From NCBI GenBank assembly GCA_963779445.1, contig CAVZYI010000003.1:21047-85046 (forward strand): DNA of 64,000 nt. The letters are read 5' to 3'. Positions within the stretch are counted from its first letter, which is position 1; the number at the start of each line of letters is the position of its first letter. This document shows positions 9,260-18,386 of this stretch, piece by piece. Both the position numbers and the translations under genes were made by a program. Below the pieces are notes generated by a model. It made no database searches. It saw nothing but the letters and a program-made list of their open reading frames with translations, and was not told the origin of the DNA. This stretch comes from an uncultured beta proteobacterium. Its GTDB lineage: Bacteria > Pseudomonadota > Gammaproteobacteria > Burkholderiales > Casimicrobiaceae.

Positions 9260-11164
9260 TCAGTGCGCTGCGGCCTTCGATGCCAGGATGCCGGTGTTCT
9301 GGCGCACGTACAGTTCGTCCCACATGTCTTCCGCGCGCTTGTCCCGGTAGAGGAGCGAGCCGATGATGACCGCCAGGAATCCCAGCGGAATCGAGTACAG
9401 GCCCGGGTTGCGAAGTTCGAACCACGGCTTCTCGAGCCCGACGAGGCTCGTCTCGTCGTTCTTGAACTTGTCGAGATTGCCCTTGGCCGTCGCCACACCC
9501 TTGTCCATCGCCGCAATCGCGGTGCCGATCTTCGCCTTCGCGGCGTCGTCGGCCGCGGCCGCAAGATCGGCGTCCAGTTTCGGACGCGCCACCGCCGCAG
9601 CGTCGACCACCTTCTGCGCGCCCGCCTTGATCACCTTCGGGTAGGTCATGTTCGGCGAAACCAGAACCAGCCCGATCGCGGTGAGCGTGCCGACGATCAT
9701 GCCCAGCACGATGCCGCCGGTGTTGCAGCGCTTCCAGAAGAGCGTGAGCAGCACGCAGGGGAAGTTCGCGGAGGACGCGACGGCGAACGCCAGCGCCACC
9801 AGGTGCGCGACGTTCTGGCCCTTGGCCGAAATGCCGATGGCGATGGCCATGGCGCCGACGACGATCGTGGCGATGCGCGCTGCCCGGACCTGCTCCTGAG
9901 GCGTCACGTGGCCCTCGCGGATCACGCCGACGTAGATGTCGTGCGCCATCGCCGAGGCCGCCGCGAGCACGAGGCCGGCGACCACCGCGACGATGGTGGC
10001 GAAGGCCACCGCGGCGACGAAGGCGAGGAACAGGTTGCCGAGCATCGAGTCGGGTCCGCCGCCGACGTACTGCGCGAGCAGCGGGCCGGCCATGTTGCCG
10101 CCCGGGTCGACCGCCCTGATGTTGACCGCGCCGACGTTCATCGCCGCGCCCATGCCGAGGAACAGCGTCAGGACGTAGAAGCCGCCGATGATCGCCATCG
10201 CCCAGATCACCGAAACGCGCGCGGCCTGGGCCGTGGGCACGGTGAAGAAGCGCATCAGGATGTGCGGCATGCCGGCGGTGCCGAACACCAGCGCCATGCC
10301 CAGCGAAATCTGGTCGATGGGCGCCTTGAAGAGGAGCCCCGGTTCGAGGAAGCGCTGTCCCAGCTCGGCCGCGGTCATGTTCTTGCCGGCGTCGCCCAGC
10401 AGCGAAGCGACCTGCGCCTGCACCTTGGCGTCGCCGATGACCGCCGTCAGGAATGCCGGGAGGCTGAACCCGTAGGGCGTCCAGACGAACATGACCAGCA
10501 GGATCGATGCGGTGACCAGCAGGATGGCCTTGATGATCTGCACCCAGGTCGTCGCCACCATCCCGCCGAACAGCACGTACGAGAGCATCAGCACGCCGAC
10601 GACCATCACCGAGATCTCGTAGTCGATGCCGATCAGCGTCTTCACGAGCACGCCGCCGCCGACCATCTGCGCGGTCAGGTAGAACGTCGACACCGTGATC
10701 GTCGAGATCGCGCCGACGATGCGCACCTTCTTCGGGTCGTTGCGGTAGGCGAGGATGTCCGAAAGCGTGTACTTGCCGATGTTCCGGCAGGGCTCGGCGA
10801 TCACCAGCAGCACGGTGATGTAGGCGACGAGCCAGCCCACCGAATACATGAACCCGTCGTAGCCGTAGAGCGAGATCAGGCCGGCGATGCCGAGGAAGGA
10901 CGCCGCCGACAGGTAGTCGCCGGCGATGGCCCAGCCATTCTGCAGCCCGGAAACACCGCCCCCCGCGGCGTAGAAGTCGGCGGCGGTCTTGACCCGCTTG
11001 GCCGCGCGGTAGGTGACGTACATCGTCACGCTGATGATGGCGCCGAAGACGAGGAAGGTGAGCCAGCGCCACTTGTCGGCGACGGCGCCCTGCGCGAGCG
11101 CCGGCGTGGCGATGGCGAGCAGCGACAGGAAACCTGCGAAGCATGCCAGGCGGCGGGTGTTCAT
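9260..11164 (-). CDS. actP: Cation/acetate symporter ActP (SSS family), long form with an extra C-terminal loop
   Basis: 634 aa. GWAIAGDYLSAASFLGIAGLISLYGYDGFMYSVGW and FGTAGMPHILMRFFTVP. Start overlaps the stop of the DUF485 gene by 4 nt, the classic yjcH-actP arrangement. Confidence 0.9.
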   Translation of the reverse strand: MNTRRLACFAGFLSLLAIATPALAQGAVADKWRWLTFLVFGAIISVTMYVTYRAAKRVKTAADFYAAGGGVSGLQNGWAIAGDYLSAASFLGIAGLISLYGYDGFMYSVGWLVAYITVLLVIAEPCRNIGKYTLSDILAYRNDPKKVRIVGAISTITVSTFYLTAQMVGGGVLVKTLIGIDYEISVMVVGVLMLSYVLFGGMVATTWVQIIKAILLVTASILLVMFVWTPYGFSLPAFLTAVIGDAKVQAQVASLLGDAGKNMTAAELGQRFLEPGLLFKAPIDQISLGMALVFGTAGMPHILMRFFTVPTAQAARVSVIWAMAIIGGFYVLTLFLGMGAAMNVGAVNIRAVDPGGNMAGPLLAQYVGGGPDSMLGNLFLAFVAAVAFATIVAVVAGLVLAAASAMAHDIYVGVIREGHVTPQEQVRAARIATIVVGAMAIAIGISAKGQNVAHLVALAFAVASSANFPCVLLTLFWKRCNTGGIVLGMIVGTLTAIGLVLVSPNMTYPKVIKAGAQKVVDAAAVARPKLDADLAAAADDAAKAKIGTAIAAMDKGVATAKGNLDKFKNDETSLVGLEKPWFELRNPGLYSIPLGFLAVIIGSLLYRDKRAEDMWDELYVRQNTGILASKAAAH

Positions 11165-11493
11165 TGGCGGCCTCCCATCTTCTTCTCGACGTCCCTGACG
11201 ATCTCGGCGGCCATCGCATCGAACTCCCGGTTTGCGCGCCGCGAGTACCAGAAGGCGATGGCCCAGGCGACGACGAACTCGGACAGCGCGAAGACGAGGC
11301 CGAAATTCACCGGACCCCAGACCTTGACCTTGAACAGGTCCTGGAAGTAGGCCGCACCGACCGGCAGCAGGAAGTAGTAGATGATGGAAAAGACCATCAG
11401 CCCCCAGAGAAATGTGGTCTTTTTCCGGTGCAGCTCTTGAAACTTCGGATCGTCGTCGATCGCTTTCCAGTCCACCCGTGCCGCATCAGCCAT
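11161..11493 (-). CDS. yjcH: DUF485 inner-membrane protein (YjcH-like, ActP partner)
   Basis: MADAARVDWKAIDDDPKFQELHRKKTTFLWGLMVFSIIYYFLLPVGAAYF...; two TM helices. RBS gggaggaag before ATG 11493. Confidence 0.8.
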   Translation of the reverse strand: MADAARVDWKAIDDDPKFQELHRKKTTFLWGLMVFSIIYYFLLPVGAAYFQDLFKVKVWGPVNFGLVFALSEFVVAWAIAFWYSRRANREFDAMAAEIVRDVEKKMGGRQ

Positions 11494-11643
11494 GCTTCCT
11501 CCCGTGGAAATCCGCTTTCGCCGGCGAATGACGACCCGCCGCGCGCTCACCGGACGCCGATTGACTCACACCCGCCGCACTGTGTACTTGATCGAGGTCA
11601 AGCTCGCGCCACGGACCGGGGCCCCGAGGCGACTTTATTCTTG

Positions 11644-11657
11644 TATAAGATATAAGA
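11644..11657 (-). promoter_or_regulatory. Perfect tandem direct repeat TCTTATA-TCTTATA in an AT-rich island upstream of yjcH-actP (candidate regulator or promoter element)
   Basis: Forward tataagatataaga at 11644-11657, inside the only AT-rich patch (about 11628-11660) of the 230-nt yjcH upstream region. Confidence 0.3.
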
Positions 11658-11723
11658 CTGTCGCCCACCCGACATTCTACGCCGGAATCCCGGCGGCGGC
11701 GCGGGTCGCCGCGTCCACGCGCG

Positions 11724-12521
11724 TCAGTCGGCCCAATGCGGCTTGCGCTTGCCGACAAACGCGGCGGCGCCCTCCTGCCCGTCTTCGGCGAGCATGTTGC
11801 GCGTGATCACGATGCTGGCCTTGGCGTAGGCGTCCTCCAGCCCGCGTTCCAGCTGGTCGTAGAAGAACCGCTTGCCGGCGGCGATCGCGGACCGCGGCTT
11901 CTCGATGATCTGCTGCGCGAGCGCGGCCACTTCGGCGTCCAGCCGGTCGAGCGGCGCCACCCGGTTCACGAGCCCCCACGCGAGCGCCGTATTCGCGTCG
12001 ATGAATTCGCCGGTCATCAGCATCTCGAACGCCCGCTTCTGCGAGACGTTGCGCGAGACCGGAACGCCGGGGGTGGCGCAGAACAGGCCGAAGCTGATGC
12101 CCGAAGTCGCGAACCGCGCCCCTTCCTCGGCCACGGCAAGATCGCAGGCCGCGACGATCTGGCATCCCGCGGCGGTCGCGATTCCGTGCACCCGTGCGAT
12201 GACCGGCTGCGGCAGGCGCTGGATCGTCAGCATGACGTTGCAGCAGCGCCGGAAAAGGTCTCCGATGAACGCTTCGTTCGAATGGGCGAGCATCTCCTTC
12301 AGGTCGTGGCCCGGGGAGAACGCACGCCCGGCACCGGAGATGACGACGATCCTGACCGTCGGGTCGGCGCCGATGACGTCCAGCGCGGTCTGCATTTCGG
12401 CCAGCATCGCGCCGTTGATGGCATTGAACTGCGCGGGCCTGTTGAGCGTCAGCGTCGCGACGCCGCCGCGGTCTTCGCGCAGTACCAGGCGCTGCGCGGC
12501 GCTTTCGGGCGGAGCATTCAT
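11724..12521 (-). CDS. Enoyl-CoA hydratase/isomerase (crotonase) family protein
   Basis: 265 aa. VVISGAGRAFSPGHDLKE, ARVHGIATAAGCQIVAACDLAVA, FGLFCATPGV. Confidence 0.85.
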   Translation of the reverse strand: MNAPPESAAQRLVLREDRGGVATLTLNRPAQFNAINGAMLAEMQTALDVIGADPTVRIVVISGAGRAFSPGHDLKEMLAHSNEAFIGDLFRRCCNVMLTIQRLPQPVIARVHGIATAAGCQIVAACDLAVAEEGARFATSGISFGLFCATPGVPVSRNVSQKRAFEMLMTGEFIDANTALAWGLVNRVAPLDRLDAEVAALAQQIIEKPRSAIAAGKRFFYDQLERGLEDAYAKASIVITRNMLAEDGQEGAAAFVGKRKPHWAD

Positions 12522-12564
12522 TGCGTGATCCTCCTGGCCGGTCCGCAGGCCGCGAAAGCCGGCC

Positions 12565-14205
12565 TCATTCGATCGCGGCCGTCGACTTCACCTTCTCGCG
12601 CAGCAGGAATTTCTGGATCTTTCCGGTCGAGGTCTTGGGCAGGTCGCCGAAGACCACCTTCTTCGGGACCTTGAACCGCGCGAGATGCGTCTGGCAGTGC
12701 GCGATCAGGTCGACCTCGGTCGTCACCGCGCCGGGCTTGAGCTCGACGAAGGCGCAGGGCGTCTCGCCCCATTTGAAGTCGGGCTGGGCGACGACGGCCG
12801 CGGCCATCACCGCGGGATGGCGGTACAGCACGTCCTCGACTTCGAGCGAGCTGATGTTTTCGCCGCCCGAGATGATGATGTCCTTGGAACGGTCCTTGAT
12901 CTTCACGTAGCCGTCGGGCTGCATGACGGCGAGGTCGCCGGAATGGAACCAGTCGCCGGCGAACGCTTCCCCGGTCGCCTTCGCATTCTTCAGGTAGCCC
13001 TTCATGGTGATGTTGCCGCGGAACATGATCTCGCCCATCGTCTCGCCGTCCCACGGCACCGGCGCCATCGTTTCCGGGTCCAGCACCGTCATGCCCTCGG
13101 CGACGGTGTAGCGGACGCCCTGCCGGCCATTGCGCTCGGTGCGCGCGCCGATGTCGAGCGCATCCCACGCGGCGTGCTTCGCGCACACCGCCGCCGGGCC
13201 GTAGGTCTCCGTCAGTCCGTAGACGTGCGTGATGTCGAATCCCATGCGCTCCATGCCTTCGATCACCGCGGCGGGCGGCGCGGCGCCCGCCACCAGGCAG
13301 TGCACGACGTGGTCGATGCCGGCTTTCATTTCATCGGCGGCGTTGATGAGCATCAGGTGCACGATCGGCGCGCCGCAGTAGTGGGTGACCTTGTGCGTTC
13401 GGATCGCGTCGAAGATCAGCTGCGCGTCCACCCGGCGCAGGCACACGTTGACGCCGGCGTTGGCGGCCATGGTCCAGGCGAAGCACCAGCCGTTGCAGTG
13501 GAACATCGGCAGCGTCCACAGGTACACGGCATGCCGCGGCATTCCCCAGTCGATGATGTTCGACAGCGCATTGAGGTAGGCGCCGCGGTGATGGTAGACC
13601 ACGCCCTTCGGATTGCCCGTCGTCCCCGACGTGTAGTTGAGCGAGATCGCGCTCCATTCGTCGTCCGGATGCTTCCAGTCGTACGCCGGGTCGCCGCCTG
13701 CGATGAAGGCTTCGTAGTCCTGGGCGCCGAGCCGCTTGCCGCCCGGACCCAGCGCGTCGACGATGTCGATGACCCGCGGCTTCGCGTCCATCAGCGTCAG
13801 CGCCTTTTCGATCGTCGGCGAGAACTCGGTGTCGGTGATCAGCACCTTGGCCCCGCCATGCTGCAGCATGAACGCGATCGCCTCGGCGTCGAGCCGCGTA
13901 TTGAGCGTGTTGAGAACGCCGCCCGTCATCGGCACGCCGAAGTGCGCTTCGAACATCTCCGGCGTGTTGGCGGCCATCAGCGCGACCGTGTCGCCGACGC
14001 CGATCCCTGCCTGCGCCAGCGCCGACGCGAGCCGTCGGCAGCGGTCGTAGGATTCCGCCCAGGTGTAGCGCCGATCGCCGTGCACCACCGCGGGGTGGCC
14101 CGGATAGGTGTACGCCGCGCGGGCGATCAGCGATACCGGCGTCAGCGGCGTGTAGTTCGCGGCGTTGCGGTCGAGTTCGAGGTCGAACGGGTTCGGTCGG
14201 GACAT
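12565..14205 (-). CDS. AMP-forming acyl-CoA synthetase (short/medium-chain type)
   Basis: LNYTSGTTGNPKGVVYHHRG, GDWFHSGDLAV, IISGGENISS, LPKTSTGKIQKF. ATG 14205 (MSRPNPFDLELD...) chosen over the upstream ORF start. Confidence 0.85.
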   Translation of the reverse strand: MSRPNPFDLELDRNAANYTPLTPVSLIARAAYTYPGHPAVVHGDRRYTWAESYDRCRRLASALAQAGIGVGDTVALMAANTPEMFEAHFGVPMTGGVLNTLNTRLDAEAIAFMLQHGGAKVLITDTEFSPTIEKALTLMDAKPRVIDIVDALGPGGKRLGAQDYEAFIAGGDPAYDWKHPDDEWSAISLNYTSGTTGNPKGVVYHHRGAYLNALSNIIDWGMPRHAVYLWTLPMFHCNGWCFAWTMAANAGVNVCLRRVDAQLIFDAIRTHKVTHYCGAPIVHLMLINAADEMKAGIDHVVHCLVAGAAPPAAVIEGMERMGFDITHVYGLTETYGPAAVCAKHAAWDALDIGARTERNGRQGVRYTVAEGMTVLDPETMAPVPWDGETMGEIMFRGNITMKGYLKNAKATGEAFAGDWFHSGDLAVMQPDGYVKIKDRSKDIIISGGENISSLEVEDVLYRHPAVMAAAVVAQPDFKWGETPCAFVELKPGAVTTEVDLIAHCQTHLARFKVPKKVVFGDLPKTSTGKIQKFLLREKVKSTAAIE

Positions 14206-14438
14206 GGAATATCGGGGAGGGCCCCGCGTCGGGAGTTTGGGGACGGACGTCCAATGATACTTCGGGCGAGCGCCGCAGACGGAGGGCAACGGGATTTCGG
14301 CCATTCATCAAGGCGACGGGGCGCCGCGCCGGGTTCTCGCCGCGACCGACCGGCGAGGAGCGGTTCGCGCGGGCCCGACCGGCCCCAGCACCGGCGGCGG
14401 CACGGCCGCCGGCGCGCAGGGCCGTGGACGCCGGCGGC

Positions 14439-14467
14439 TTGCCCCGCCGAACGCCGTCTCGTATGCT
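14439..14467 (+). promoter_or_regulatory. Candidate sigma70 promoter for the adenosyltransferase gene
   Basis: TTGCCC (14439-14444), 17-nt spacer, TATGCT (14462-14467); 40 nt upstream of ATG 14508. Confidence 0.3.
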
Positions 14468-14507
14468 GCGCTGCGACCACGGCATCGAAAGCGAGACGCG
14501 CTCCCCC

Positions 14508-15068
14508 ATGGGCCACCGGTTATCCAGGATCGTCACCAAGACCGGCGACGACGGCACGACCGGGCTGGGCGACGGCTCGCGCCTTCCCAAGGATTCGGCG
14601 CGCATCGCCGCCATCGGCGAGGTCGACGAGACCAACTCGACCCTGGGCGCGTTGCTCGCCGAGGACCTTCCGGCGCCGGTCCGCGACTGCCTCGTCGCCG
14701 TCCAGCACGATCTCTTCGATCTCGGCGGCGAGCTGTCGATACCCGGGCACGCCGCCGTCACCGACGCGCACGTCGCGCGCATCGAGGAAGCCATCGGACG
14801 ATTGAACGCGGACCTCGCGCCGCTCAAGGAATTCATCCTCCCCGGCGGAACCCGCGGCGCCGCGGCAGCGCACGTGGCGCGCGCCACCTGCCGCCGCGCC
14901 GAGCGGGCGCTGGTGCATCTGGCGGCGATGGAAACGGTCGGCGACCCGGCGCGCCGCTATCTCAACCGCCTGTCGGACCTGCTGTTCGTGGTGGCCCGCA
15001 CGCTCAACCGCGCCGCGGGCCGGACCGACGTGCTCTGGCAGAAGCACCGGACCGGCGACCGGACCTGA
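14508..15068 (+). CDS. PduO/MMAB-type ATP:cob(I)alamin adenosyltransferase
   Basis: MGHRLSRIVTKTGDDGTTGLGDG..., LKEFILPGG, HVARATCRRAERAL, LNRLSDLLFVVAR. Confidence 0.85.
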   Translation: MGHRLSRIVTKTGDDGTTGLGDGSRLPKDSARIAAIGEVDETNSTLGALLAEDLPAPVRDCLVAVQHDLFDLGGELSIPGHAAVTDAHVARIEEAIGRLNADLAPLKEFILPGGTRGAAAAHVARATCRRAERALVHLAAMETVGDPARRYLNRLSDLLFVVARTLNRAAGRTDVLWQKHRTGDRT

Positions 15069-15207
15069 GCCCGCAGGGCGCGCGCCGGCTGCAACCGCCG
15101 GCCGGGCATCGGAATGCGGCACCGGCCGCACACCCGCGTCCGGCCCTTGTGCCCTGCGGAGCTTGCCGGCGCGATCGGTCCGCCCGGAAGCGGGCCCGGG
15201 AAGTCTG

Positions 15208-15447
15208 CTAGACGCGTTGCTGCGGGACGCCGAGAACCGCGTCCATTTCGGGCCCGGTCTCGCAGGCGCCGGTGGCACCGGCGCGCGCAAGAGTGTCGTC
15301 AGCCCGCGCCGTGACCGTCGGGCCCCCCGGGTCGCCAAGGTTCAGCTCCGCGGGAACGACGACCATGAGGCCGATGGTGAGCGCCGTCATCGCGGCGGAC
15401 GCGAGGGCGACGACCGGGCGGAAGGTCGAAGGTGGGTAGCGGTTCAT
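15208..15447 (-). CDS. Small hypothetical protein with one hydrophobic segment (79 aa)
   Basis: MNRYPPSTFRPVVALASAAMTALTIGLMVVVPAEL.... AGGAGA lies 6 nt upstream of ATG 15447. No family recognised. Confidence 0.35.
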   Translation of the reverse strand: MNRYPPSTFRPVVALASAAMTALTIGLMVVVPAELNLGDPGGPTVTARADDTLARAGATGACETGPEMDAVLGVPQQRV

Positions 15448-15714
15448 GATCATTCTCCTGTGTCGGTGTCCTGCCCGGCCCCGATGCGCTGCATCGGACC
15501 CGGCGTCGGGATACGGGCATCGTGCCGTCCCGTCCTGCGAACGCGGGAACCGGCCGTCGCTGCGTTCGATGGCATCCTAGGCAGGAGCGCCCGCGCGCTC
15601 AAGACGCAGGCGACGAACCGGCGGATTCGGCGCGCGAGCGTATCGCTGCGGCGACGAAATGCAGGGTGTGGTCACAGCCCGGGGCCGGGATCGGCACCCT
15701 GGCGAGTTCAGCGC

Positions 15715-16731
15715 CTAGCCGTTCGCCGAACGCACGACCTGGTCGATGGCGCCGAACACCGACCGGCCGTCGGCGTCGAACATTTCGATGCGGACCCGGT
15801 CGCCGAAGCGCATGAACGGCGTCGCCGCCGATCCGGTGAGAATCGTTTCGACGGTACGCTGCTCGGCGATGCACGAATAGCCGACCCCTCCGGCGGAAGC
15901 GGGCCGGCCCGGTCCGCCGCCTTCCTTGTTCGACACCGTGCCCGAACCGACGATGCTTCCCGCTTCGAGCTCGCGGGTCCTCGCCGCGTGCGCGACCAGT
16001 GTCGGAAAGTCGAAGGTCATGTCCGCGCCGGCGTCGGGGTGGCCGAACAGCGCGCCGTTGAGATGCGATACCAGGCGCAGCTGCACGCGCCCGCCGCGCC
16101 ACGCGGTCCCCAGCTCGTCGGGCGTCGCCGCGACGGGCGAGAAAGCGCTTGCCGGTTTCGACTGCAGGAAGCCGAAGCCCTTGGCCAGCTCGGCCGGGAT
16201 GAGATGGCGCAGGCTGACGTCGTTGACCAGCATCAGCAGCCGGATATGGCGTTCCGCTTCCGCCGCCGGCGTGCCCATCGGCACGTCGCCGGTGACGACG
16301 GCGACCTCGCTCTCGAAGTCGATGCCCCAGGCCTCGTCGGCGAGCACGATGTCGTCGCGCGCGCCCAGCATGCCGTCGGAGGCGCCCTGGTACATCAGCG
16401 GATCGGTCCAGAACTCGGGCGGCATGGGCGCGCCGCGCGCGCGGCGCACGAGCTCGACATGATTCACGTACGCCGACCCGTCGACCCACTGGTAGGCCCG
16501 GGGCAGCGGCGCCATGGCCGACGCCGGTTCGAAGGCCGCGGCATCGAAGAGCCGCCCGGCGTTCAGCTCGTCGGAGATCGTCTCCAGCGCCGACGCCGCG
16601 CCGTCCCAGTCGTCGAGCGCCGCCTGCAGCGTGCGTGCGATCTCGGGAACCGGCACGCAGCGCGACAGGTCGCGCGCGACGACGACGAGCTGCCCGTCGC
16701 GCGAGCCGTTCTTCAGCGTCGCGAGCTTCAT
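15715..16731 (-). CDS. Fumarylacetoacetate hydrolase (FAH) family protein
   Basis: 338 aa. MKLATLKNGSRDGQLVVVARDL..., WGIDFESEVAVVTGD, LMLVNDVSLR, GSIVGSGTVSN. Confidence 0.8.
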   Translation of the reverse strand: MKLATLKNGSRDGQLVVVARDLSRCVPVPEIARTLQAALDDWDGAASALETISDELNAGRLFDAAAFEPASAMAPLPRAYQWVDGSAYVNHVELVRRARGAPMPPEFWTDPLMYQGASDGMLGARDDIVLADEAWGIDFESEVAVVTGDVPMGTPAAEAERHIRLLMLVNDVSLRHLIPAELAKGFGFLQSKPASAFSPVAATPDELGTAWRGGRVQLRLVSHLNGALFGHPDAGADMTFDFPTLVAHAARTRELEAGSIVGSGTVSNKEGGGPGRPASAGGVGYSCIAEQRTVETILTGSAATPFMRFGDRVRIEMFDADGRSVFGAIDQVVRSANG

Positions 16732-16745
16732 CGTCTATCCATCCG

Positions 16746-18137
16746 TCATCCCCGCTTCTTCAGCGCATAGCCGTCGGCGCGGTCTTCCATCTCCCATCCC
16801 GCGGCGTGCATCTCGCCGCGAAGCCGGTCGGCGAGCGCCCAGTCCTTCGTCTGGCGCGCGCGCAGACGCGCTTCGGCGAGCGACTTCACGTCCTCGGGCG
16901 CGACGTCGACGACGGGTTCCCAGGCGGCGAGCCCGAGCCCGAACACCCGGTCGAAGGCGAGCAGCGTCGCGCGCCGGACCGCCGGCGGCAGGTCGCCGCG
17001 CAGCGTGTCCCACGCCACCGCCAGCGCGCGCGGAACGTTGAGATCGTCGTTGAGGTCGTCGGTGAAACGCTCGAGCTGCGCCGCATCCGGCGGGGCCGCG
17101 CCCGATTCGCGCAGGGCGTGCACGCCGTGGCGCATCCGGTCGAGGGCGACGGCCGCGGCGTCGAGCGCGTCCCAGGTGAAATTGAGCTGTCCGCGATAGT
17201 GCGCGGTCAGGCACAGATAGCGAAACGACAGCGGGTCGTAACCGCGTTCGATCAGCGATTCGATGCGCAGGAATTCTCCCGCCGACTTCGCCATCTTGGC
17301 GTCGTTCGACAGCAGGAAGTAGCCGTGCATCCAGAAATTCGCAAGGCGCGTGCCGACCCGCGCCTCGGTCTGCGCGATCTCGTTCGTGTGGTGGACCGGC
17401 AGGTGGTCCTCGCCGCCGCAATGGATGTCGAAAAAATCGCCGAGGTATTTCTGCGCCATCGCCGAGCACTCGATGTGCCAGCCGGGAAAGCCCCTTCCCC
17501 ATGGGCTGTCCCACTCCATCTGCCGCTTTTCCCCGGGCGCCGAGAACTTCCACAGCGCGAAGTCGGTCGCGCTGCGCTTCTCGCCCTGGTCGACGCGCTT
17601 CCCCGCTTCCAGCCCCTTGATGTCGAGGCGCGCGAGATGGCCGTAGTCCGCCTGTTTCGCCGTGTCGAAGTAGATGCCGTCGGCAGTGCGGTACGCGTAG
17701 CCGTTGTTCTCGATGTCGGCGATGAACTCGATCTGCTCGCGGATGTGGTCGGTCGCACGGCAGAGCACCGACGGGTCCTCGATATTGAGGCGCTTCATGT
17801 CGGCGAGGAACGCATCGGTGTAGAGCCGGGCGATCTCCCATGCCGTCTTTCCGGTGCGGCGGGCGCCCTTTTCCATCTTGTCCTCGCCGGTGTCGGCGTC
17901 GGACGTGAGGTGGCCGACATCGGTGATGTTCATCACGTGCCGGACGCGGTAGCCGTTCCATTCGAGCACGCGCTTCAGCACGTCCTCGAACAGGAACGTG
18001 CGGAAGTTGCCGATGTGCTGGTAGTCGTAGACCGTCGGGCCGCAGGTGTAGAGGCCGACCTCGCCGCCGGCGGCGAGCGGCGCGAACGGGCGCGCCGCCC
18101 GGGCGTAGTTGTCGTAGAACGTGAGCGGAGCGGGCAT
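16746..18137 (-). CDS. cysS: Cysteine--tRNA ligase
   Basis: 463 aa. LYTCGPTVYDYQHIGNFRTF (HIGH-type), NITDVGHLTSDADTGEDKMEKGA, CGGEDHLPVHHTNEIAQ, KMAKS loop (NDAKMAKSAGEF). Confidence 0.9.
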   Translation of the reverse strand: MPAPLTFYDNYARAARPFAPLAAGGEVGLYTCGPTVYDYQHIGNFRTFLFEDVLKRVLEWNGYRVRHVMNITDVGHLTSDADTGEDKMEKGARRTGKTAWEIARLYTDAFLADMKRLNIEDPSVLCRATDHIREQIEFIADIENNGYAYRTADGIYFDTAKQADYGHLARLDIKGLEAGKRVDQGEKRSATDFALWKFSAPGEKRQMEWDSPWGRGFPGWHIECSAMAQKYLGDFFDIHCGGEDHLPVHHTNEIAQTEARVGTRLANFWMHGYFLLSNDAKMAKSAGEFLRIESLIERGYDPLSFRYLCLTAHYRGQLNFTWDALDAAAVALDRMRHGVHALRESGAAPPDAAQLERFTDDLNDDLNVPRALAVAWDTLRGDLPPAVRRATLLAFDRVFGLGLAAWEPVVDVAPEDVKSLAEARLRARQTKDWALADRLRGEMHAAGWEMEDRADGYALKKRG

Positions 18138-18151
18138 AGGATCGGGACGTC

Positions 18152-18180
18152 AAAAAAAAACCGCCAGCTCGGCTGGCGGC
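18152..18180 (-). terminator. Rho-independent terminator ending 14 nt upstream of the cysS start codon
   Basis: Minus strand gccgccagc-cga-gctggcgg followed by T9; the next 14 nt (gacgtcccgatcct) lead directly into ATG 18137. Confidence 0.7.
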
Positions 18181-18386
18181 TCGCTCGTGGCGCTCCCCGC
18201 TAAGCCCGCAGGCGCCGGCAGCGTCCGCCGCGCGGCGGACGACAGCGGATCGCGACCATGACCAACATGCCCCGCATCGTAGCCAATCGCCGGGCGCAGG
18301 GCAAGGCGCGCGACCGGCGTCTTCGGCACGGAGCCCGGTCGTTCCGCGCCGACAGTCCGCCGCCCGGCGTCGCGGCGCCGGCCGCT

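Noticed and set aside
11494-11723. Sigma54-type promoter upstream of yjcH (tggcgcgagcttgac)
   Set aside because: GG-N10-GC spacing and the TTGC element are not satisfied, so it is only a superficial resemblance.
15454-15714. Cobalamin riboswitch near the adenosyltransferase gene
   Set aside because: No B12-box-like sequence found on either strand. Only a short hairpin is present.
16746-18137. cysS as a horizontally acquired paralogue, because of the NITDVGHL...GEDKMEKGA insertion type
   Set aside because: I cannot establish the subtype distribution from memory, and no second cysS or compositional anomaly is visible in the window.
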